DNA of 64,000 nt. Origin: Epithemia pelagica (lineage: Eukaryota; Protista; Bacillariophyta). A program made the position numbers and the translations under genes. The stretch spans positions 124,001 through 188,000 of the forward strand of contig OX337237.1 of assembly GCA_946965045.2 (NCBI GenBank). The letters run 5' to 3'. Numbering within the stretch: the stretch's first letter is position 1; each line of letters opens with the position of its first letter. The notes beneath the pieces were generated by a model that worked only from the letters and a program-made list of their open reading frames with translations, did not search any database and had not been told where the DNA came from. Below are positions 57,901 through 64,000 of the stretch, piece after piece.

Positions 57901-60140
57901 GTTTCCTGAAACCACTGGAAACAGTCATGGCTCAAAGCAAGCAGTCAAGTACCAAAGAGCTCTTATTGAATTGTGTAGCCAGGGTGATTCAAGTCTTTGA
58001 TGTTCCGGCTGACGCTACAAGCGTCAACAATACCAAGGGTGGATTGCGCAGCGGCTGGGTGCCCTTGTTGGTAATTCTTGGTTTGGGATGCCGCGATCAT
58101 GATTTGCACATTGCAAAGATGAGTCAAGATATTCTCATGTCACAAATTAGCCAATGCATGAAGAGTCCAAACCAGCAATCGACAACGACTTCTGTCTTGC
58201 TGACCGAACACTTTCCAGAAGCTGTGGATGCAGTCTTCATGTGCGTCAATGGGCCCCACACCGAGTTATCAATGGAAGCGATTGAAGTATGCTCGTCGTT
58301 GGCACACTATTTGGTGGACGAGAATGCCGAAACTCCTCACGTAAAACAACGGGTCATTGGGGCTCCGTCCGCCGGAGATGTCGACGGGAGCACTTCGTCT
58401 ATTGCTATTCCTGCGGCGACTCAAGATTTGGAATTGTGGTGGCCCTTGTTGCTGGGAATCTCTCGTGCGTCGGGGGAAGACGACCGTCCAGAGGAGTTCC
58501 GCATACAGGCCCTCAATGCCTTGTTTGGTATAATAAACCAAGAGTTTTTCACGGCGGCCGAAGTGGAGGATCGTATTCAAAGATTGCAGTTGGTCTTTAG
58601 AGGTATTTTGACACCCATGCTGGAATTCGCTGAGGTTGGATCAGGAGAATATCCACCATATCTTCCCAAAGACTTCGAAAGATTCCTCTCGGCATCCGGA
58701 AGTACAGTCGATTCTCAAGGCGATGTACAAGGATCCAGTGGTTGGTTGGACACCATGTTTGATCCTTTTATTGATTCGAGTATAGCCTTGTGCAAACGAA
58801 GTATCGACGAATGCCAAACGACGGCCTTGGTTGAGGAAGTCTTCGCCATTTTGAATCATTGTTTAGTATCCGATTCTGGATCTCTTGCTGTACGTGGAGT
58901 CGCTCGATTGGAGCAATTTGTTACCAGTGACCTGGATCCAACTCTGGTCACCGACAATGTATGGGCGACAGTATGTCATATGCTCAGTCGTTGTTTGGTG
59001 GTACGGGGTCTACCCCGTCGACGCACCAGTTCCGAATCAGACAAAACGGACCAGGAAGACTATGAAATGGAGGTACGAGAGTTTGTGGCGGAAGAAAGCA
59101 TGCTTCCCGATCGCCGATACGTGGGTGGCAACGTGGTCATGGTGATTGGGAATCTGTTATCCAGCGATCGTACCTCGAATGCCATGGGATTTCGATGGAG
59201 ACTCTTTCTCATGGAAGGATTGGCAGCCGGGATTGTCGCATGGGAAGAGGCAGCTTCTCTCTTGTTGGGTGGCCAGCCTCGGAAACGGGGCGATTCCGTG
59301 GTCGGTCCACCGGATTATTTGGAAACAGCACAGTATGGTCGTACCTGGATGAATGGGTTCCTCTTTCAGTTGGCCTCCATGGAAGAAGTGGTCCTGGCGG
59401 GGAATGCAAATGACAAAGAAGAGGAACCCAACAAGCACAAATTGTACCTGAATGCTCAAAAGCTGGTAGTCAAAGAAACGGAACAATTGTTGAAACGTGT
59501 GGTGGAAACGGAACTGGCCCTGGGTGCTTCTTCCAACTCGTCCAAGCAAACGGCCACCTTTCACAAGAACTTGGCACACTTGGCCACGGAATTGATTCGA
59601 GGGTATAGCAAGCTCGACCATGAGCACATTGTGCAGCACATGACTTGGTTGAACCCTGTCTTACTCAACTCGTGCAGTTCCTCCAAGGACCAAGAATTGT
59701 TGAAGGTCGTTCAAACCTTTGTCCAATTGGTAGAAACGCCCATTGGAGCCTTGAAAGAGGACGGAGAGGAGAAGGAGAAGGATGCAGCCGTACCTGCCTC
59801 GGAAGATTCATCGTCACCAACCACACCACAAGAAGAAGAACAAGAACAACAACTATCATCTGTCGACGAGCCCGCTGACGATGCCAACAAGACTACGGAT
59901 GCTGAGACGGAACCTCGGGAAGAACCATCCGAGTCAACGTCCGTTGTCGAGCATGACAGTGGCGACCAGGGACGTTCCGAACCACAAGGCAGGCCCTGGG
60001 ATGAGCCATCGCAACCACCACCACTTGGAAACAACAATGACGACGACACGGCGGGTGCCAAAGAAGAAGAACAACTCCCCTCGTCAACCACCACATCCAC
60101 ACAAGAAGAAGAGGGGAAACCCTTGAGTGCGGACATTTAA
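51947..60140 (+). CDS. Large Sec7-domain ARF guanine-nucleotide exchange factor, BIG type (~2700 aa); exons 51947..56005 and 56100..60140
   Basis: HUS-region motifs LRNYLCVSLLKN and FLNYDCD. The Sec7 catalytic motif FRLPGEAQK|IDR is joined by intron 56006-56099. Also SIIMLNTDLHNP and the HDS motifs YAVDSFRQL...EFQRRFLKP and LRSGW. The N-terminus is long and P/S/T/Q-rich. Confidence 0.95.
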
Positions 60141-60679
60141 CAACACCGGGTCTTAAAAAAAGAGGAGGAGACTCTGGCCACGAGAATATATAGAATATCA
60201 TCAAAAGAACTCGAACATTAGTCAATACAAATATGATCTTCTCTTTTGCTCGTAGCAGGTGAGAAGTCGCGACGTATTGGAGGGGCTCTGGAGAAGAGTA
60301 CAAGTAATATTTTACTGCTCCATCACCCTCTCTCGAACGACCACCATGAGAGGAGTCGAAAGCGGAAAAGTAATCAAGCACTTGTATATCTCAGCATAGA
60401 CGAGAGGAAAGGCAACAGTCAGCGACGCATTGGCACGGTATGTCTCTTTGTCTGTGTGGAACAACTGTTGACAAGAAATGAGCAAAAGAAAATCAAACCT
60501 TCTACCTTGCATTGAAAATAAACAAAGCTGTGAGTTACGCATCACTAGAGCCATCATTGTCGGAAATGAAAAGATTCTGTCAAAGTCAATATGACAGAGA
60601 TTGAGTCTTATGGTTGGTTTGGAACAAATCATTTGAGCCATTCTTCGGTCCCCAAGCTATCGGAAGCAGATGATTGGCG

Positions 60680-62062
60680 CTTCTCATCCATGCCTTGACG
60701 CACTGGATCTGGCAACAGGCTTGGAGTGGGTTTCTGACGCCTTCCTGGGGCGTTTCGAGGACGTTCTATTCAATGGTTGTTCGCATGGTTTACAAGGGTG
60801 TTTGGTTCCCGATGACGTACTTCGTTGTCGGGACGACTCGCACTCCATCCAACAACAAGTGCAATCAACATGAGCAAGATATTCTTATACCCAAACCGTC
60901 TGGAGACATGCATTTCATTCACTTCATGACGCACCTTACGAATGTCTCTTTGATGAGCTGTTTTCAAGATGCCCAAGTCGCCACCAAGTTTCAATGACTC
61001 TACTGTCCGGAGGAATCTATTGACTGTGATTAGCCCGTCCGAATCGGGAGAGCCAACAAGAATTCGTCATATTGCAGTAGCTCTTTCGACGGGACTGTAC
61101 GAATCTCTCTATGCTCGACATCAATGACTTCCATGGAGCTTGCCCACTTGCCGTTGTGATCCCAACCTCCAACAACCACAATTTTGGAACCAACTACGAC
61201 AGAAGAATGGTGGCAGTGAGTATGCGTCAGACAAAGATCAGTTTCCATCTTCCACGACAGAAATTCTGGGCGGAATTTGCGATCGGATGATTCATTGCCT
61301 AGTTCAGGCTCATTTTGTTCCTTGGCAAAGTTATTCGTCGCAAATTCAATACATTCCACCGACTTTATGGGTATATAATTAGAGATCCCTTCGCCACCAA
61401 TAATTTACACCTTATTTTCCACCGCAACAGTCGCAAAGCCACTACGAGGCACATGCTCTCCAAACGGAGCGGAAAATGGTATGAGCGTGCGGTTGTCTGG
61501 GTCAAGAGTATCCAGAACCTGAACCATGCCCTGCTGGGCTTGATACGTCATGACAGCAATGTAACGATCTTTCACCACAGCAGTAGCTCCTACACGACTT
61601 GGACGGGGAGATAATTGGCATGATAGGTCATGCCAGCCTTGTGTGGCCTTTTCCTGTTCAGATGTTTTGGGCTGTGTCAAGAGGATATCATGGATGCTAA
61701 TGCGCTCAATGACCTCCAATTGCATAGACTGCTCCATTGCAAACCACCGCATCAAAGTACCATCGTGGCCGATTCATTGGTGGGCCTTGTCTCCATTTTG
61801 AGCTGTTACTACACTTGTTCGTTCCTGTTGGAATGTCCAGTAACTGCACAGAGTTGATAGGCTCACGGCTGGTACGCTCACGGCTGGTAGGCTCACGGCT
61901 ATTTTTTTGCCCTCCAAGCAGAACCAATGTTGAACAAAGCTTGCCAGGGCAGCAATTGGTTTTGTGTTTTGGGGAAACAACAACCATTGCATTAAAGCTG
62001 TGATTTCCCATGTCGATGGATGAGGAGGAGGTGTATTTGTCGTTCTGGATAGACAATTCCAC
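60680..62062 (-). pseudogene. Kelch paralogue D, multiply disrupted
   Basis: Kelch segments homologous to C (WRQGPPMNRPR, NGAVYAIGG, VENKV, SVECIEFA, SKIVVVGG, GGDLG) lie in different frames with internal stops. An in-frame 15-bp repeat at 61860-61900 encodes SREPT/SRERT/SREPI. Confidence 0.82.
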
Positions 62063-63074
62063 AGTGGATCCTTTTCACCAATCAATTCAGAGAAACTCAC
62101 TTTTTATGTGAACAACTAGCCCCCAGCGGGGCTCAGTCATGAGGATTAGTGATTGAATGCACCATGTGCTTCTCCTACTCCCAATGCAGTGCAGAGCATT
62201 CGATCACGCGGGACTCCTTCACCGTTGCTGGGGGATACGTCCTCCTGAAGAACGGTCAGTGAGCCGAATGTTGTTCACACCAAAACGCCAAATCTTTGAG
62301 ATCAACAATTCCAATTGATTCAACGGTGCACTGATAAAACTCTAGATCGACAGGTTCGAAGACTGCGTGATGTATGAGACGCAAGTCAATGCTTTGTACG
62401 ACCACTGTGCGCTTTTTATGATTACGAAGCAAAACCAATTGTACCTAGAGGAATACCAATCCATTGCCCTGTACTTAATTGAGTTTATTCGGTGTTTGTG
62501 TGTGTTCATTATGTTTGCGCCAAGAAATGGGAAAACTATATGCATGCCAATCGATCTTTATTGTCCTATTTATTCGAGTGGATAAGGACCTGAACGCACA
62601 ATAAGAGACGAACCGCAAACTAGAGCGTGTGATGGTCGGCACCACATGGACTTCTCGTTGTTTCTAGGGAGCTTTTTGTGTTTCATAGTCCAAACGATAG
62701 AGCAGGTAGCTAGGGACTTTTTTCTTCAGTCGGAAGCTATAGGCTAATGTGCCCTCTCTGTCCCTCCATCTAGCGGACCTGGGCCTATAACAGAACAAAA
62801 GGACACTCTCCACTATCCAATCAATAGAACGATTCTTGGTTCTGGTTGTGAAAAGATTGGATTTGCTTCGAATGTTCTCAGCATCACAAGTTCAACAGAT
62901 TCCAACATGGTACTACAGCGAAGAATCTCGCGCAGAAACGTTCCATCAGGGGCGAATGGAAAGAGAACTATCTACGAGTAATACAGCACTGTCTGTGAGA
63001 GCTAGTTTAATATGGTTTGATTGAGATTCTAACGAGTCGTCTACTATTATATCTGACATTCTATTTTCCAATGG

Positions 63075-63771
63075 TCGTTGCTGTTGTTGCTCGACGAATT
63101 GAGTACAGAGACTACTTGTATTGACCAGAGTTTGGAACTCTGAAGCAACTACTTGATACTTTCCCAGTCATTGCTCCTATAGTTCTCGTTCGTGATTTGC
63201 TTCCAATCAGGAGAGTCGCCGCCACACATGGTGTGTGCCGTTCCCAAAAACAAACAAACAAAGGAGCACACAGTGTGTGTCGTGAAAACAAAACCAGGAC
63301 AGAACTTCTGTGGAACGAACTCTTTTCTGTTTCGAGCCTTGACTTCTGTGCAGTTTATCAGACCCAGTGGTCCAATGCACCATGACAATGGCACAGTGCA
63401 ATGGATCAATGGGTCTGATAAACTCAACAAGGCGGTTGTTGTTGTGGCTCGACGAATTGAGTACAGAGACTACTTGTATGGATCAGAGTTGGAACTTTGA
63501 AGCACCTAGTTGATGCTTTCCCAGTCATTGCTTGTAGTTTTCGTTGGTGATTTGCTAGAGTCGCCGCCACATGGTGTGTGCCGTTACCCGAAAAAAACAT
63601 GGGAGCACAAAGTGTGTGTCGCGAAAACAAAAGCAGGACAGAACTTGTTTGGAACAAAATCTCCCCTGTTTCGAGCCTGGACTATTGTTCAGTTTATCAA
63701 CCCCAATGGTCCATTGCACCATGACAATGGCACGGTGCAATGGATCAATGGGTCTGATAAACTCAACAAGG
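63075..63771. repeat. Two diverged tandem copies of a ~340-360 bp unit
   Basis: GCTCGACGAATTGAGTACAGAGACTACTTGTA at 63089 and 63447; ...GGGTCTGATAAACTCAACAAGG ends at 63431 and 63771. Confidence 0.9.
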
Positions 63772-64000
63772 AAAAAACTTGGGAAGGACATCCCATGGCT
63801 CTCTAGAAAAAGGGGAGATTTCGTTTGGACCCGGTTCGGAGCAAAAGAAGAAGAAGAAGAAGAAGAAAAGAAGAATATAGGTTAGAATCAAATTTTGCTT
63901 TTTCGGACGGACGCTTCCGACAAGGCCTACTGCAGCTTTCCCCACAACACCTGCAGCACTATGAGCAACAGCGAAACGAGGCAGCCGCCCGTCTGCTTCA

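Noticed and set aside
62100-63050. Short ORFs downstream of kelch D
   Set aside because: No motifs, termini or repeats support a gene or element call.

Overview
Eukaryotic nuclear DNA, most likely from a diatom (inference from ~75-100 bp GT-AG introns, a DUF6824-type gene and a kelch-gene expansion). The window holds six main elements. (1) A B12-dependent methionine synthase gene (METH) with an internal tandem duplication of its Hcy and pterin domains. It is split in mid-codon by a 10,946-bp CACTA/CMC-type DNA transposon (CACTG termini, 2-bp TSD) and preceded by a near-identical truncated METH copy joined to a broken PIF/Harbinger transposase. (2) The CACTA element itself, with four genes in alternating orientation: a BAH-like ORF, a class-III aminotransferase-fold protein with a C-terminal winged helix, the transposase, and a Zn-finger protein. 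Its inverted repeats also contain a GT donor and an AG acceptor that would restore the METH frame if used. (3) An intact Ngaro/DIRS-type tyrosine-recombinase retrotransposon (A1-ORFs-B1-A2-B2) whose pol ORF begins with a degenerate C5-cytosine methyltransferase-like fold. (4) An ALDH gene disabled by a 16-nt duplication. (5) Five kelch/coiled-coil paralogues, most of them damaged. (6) An intact BIG-type Sec7 ARF-GEF gene. All domain assignments are by-eye motif recognition; no database search was run.
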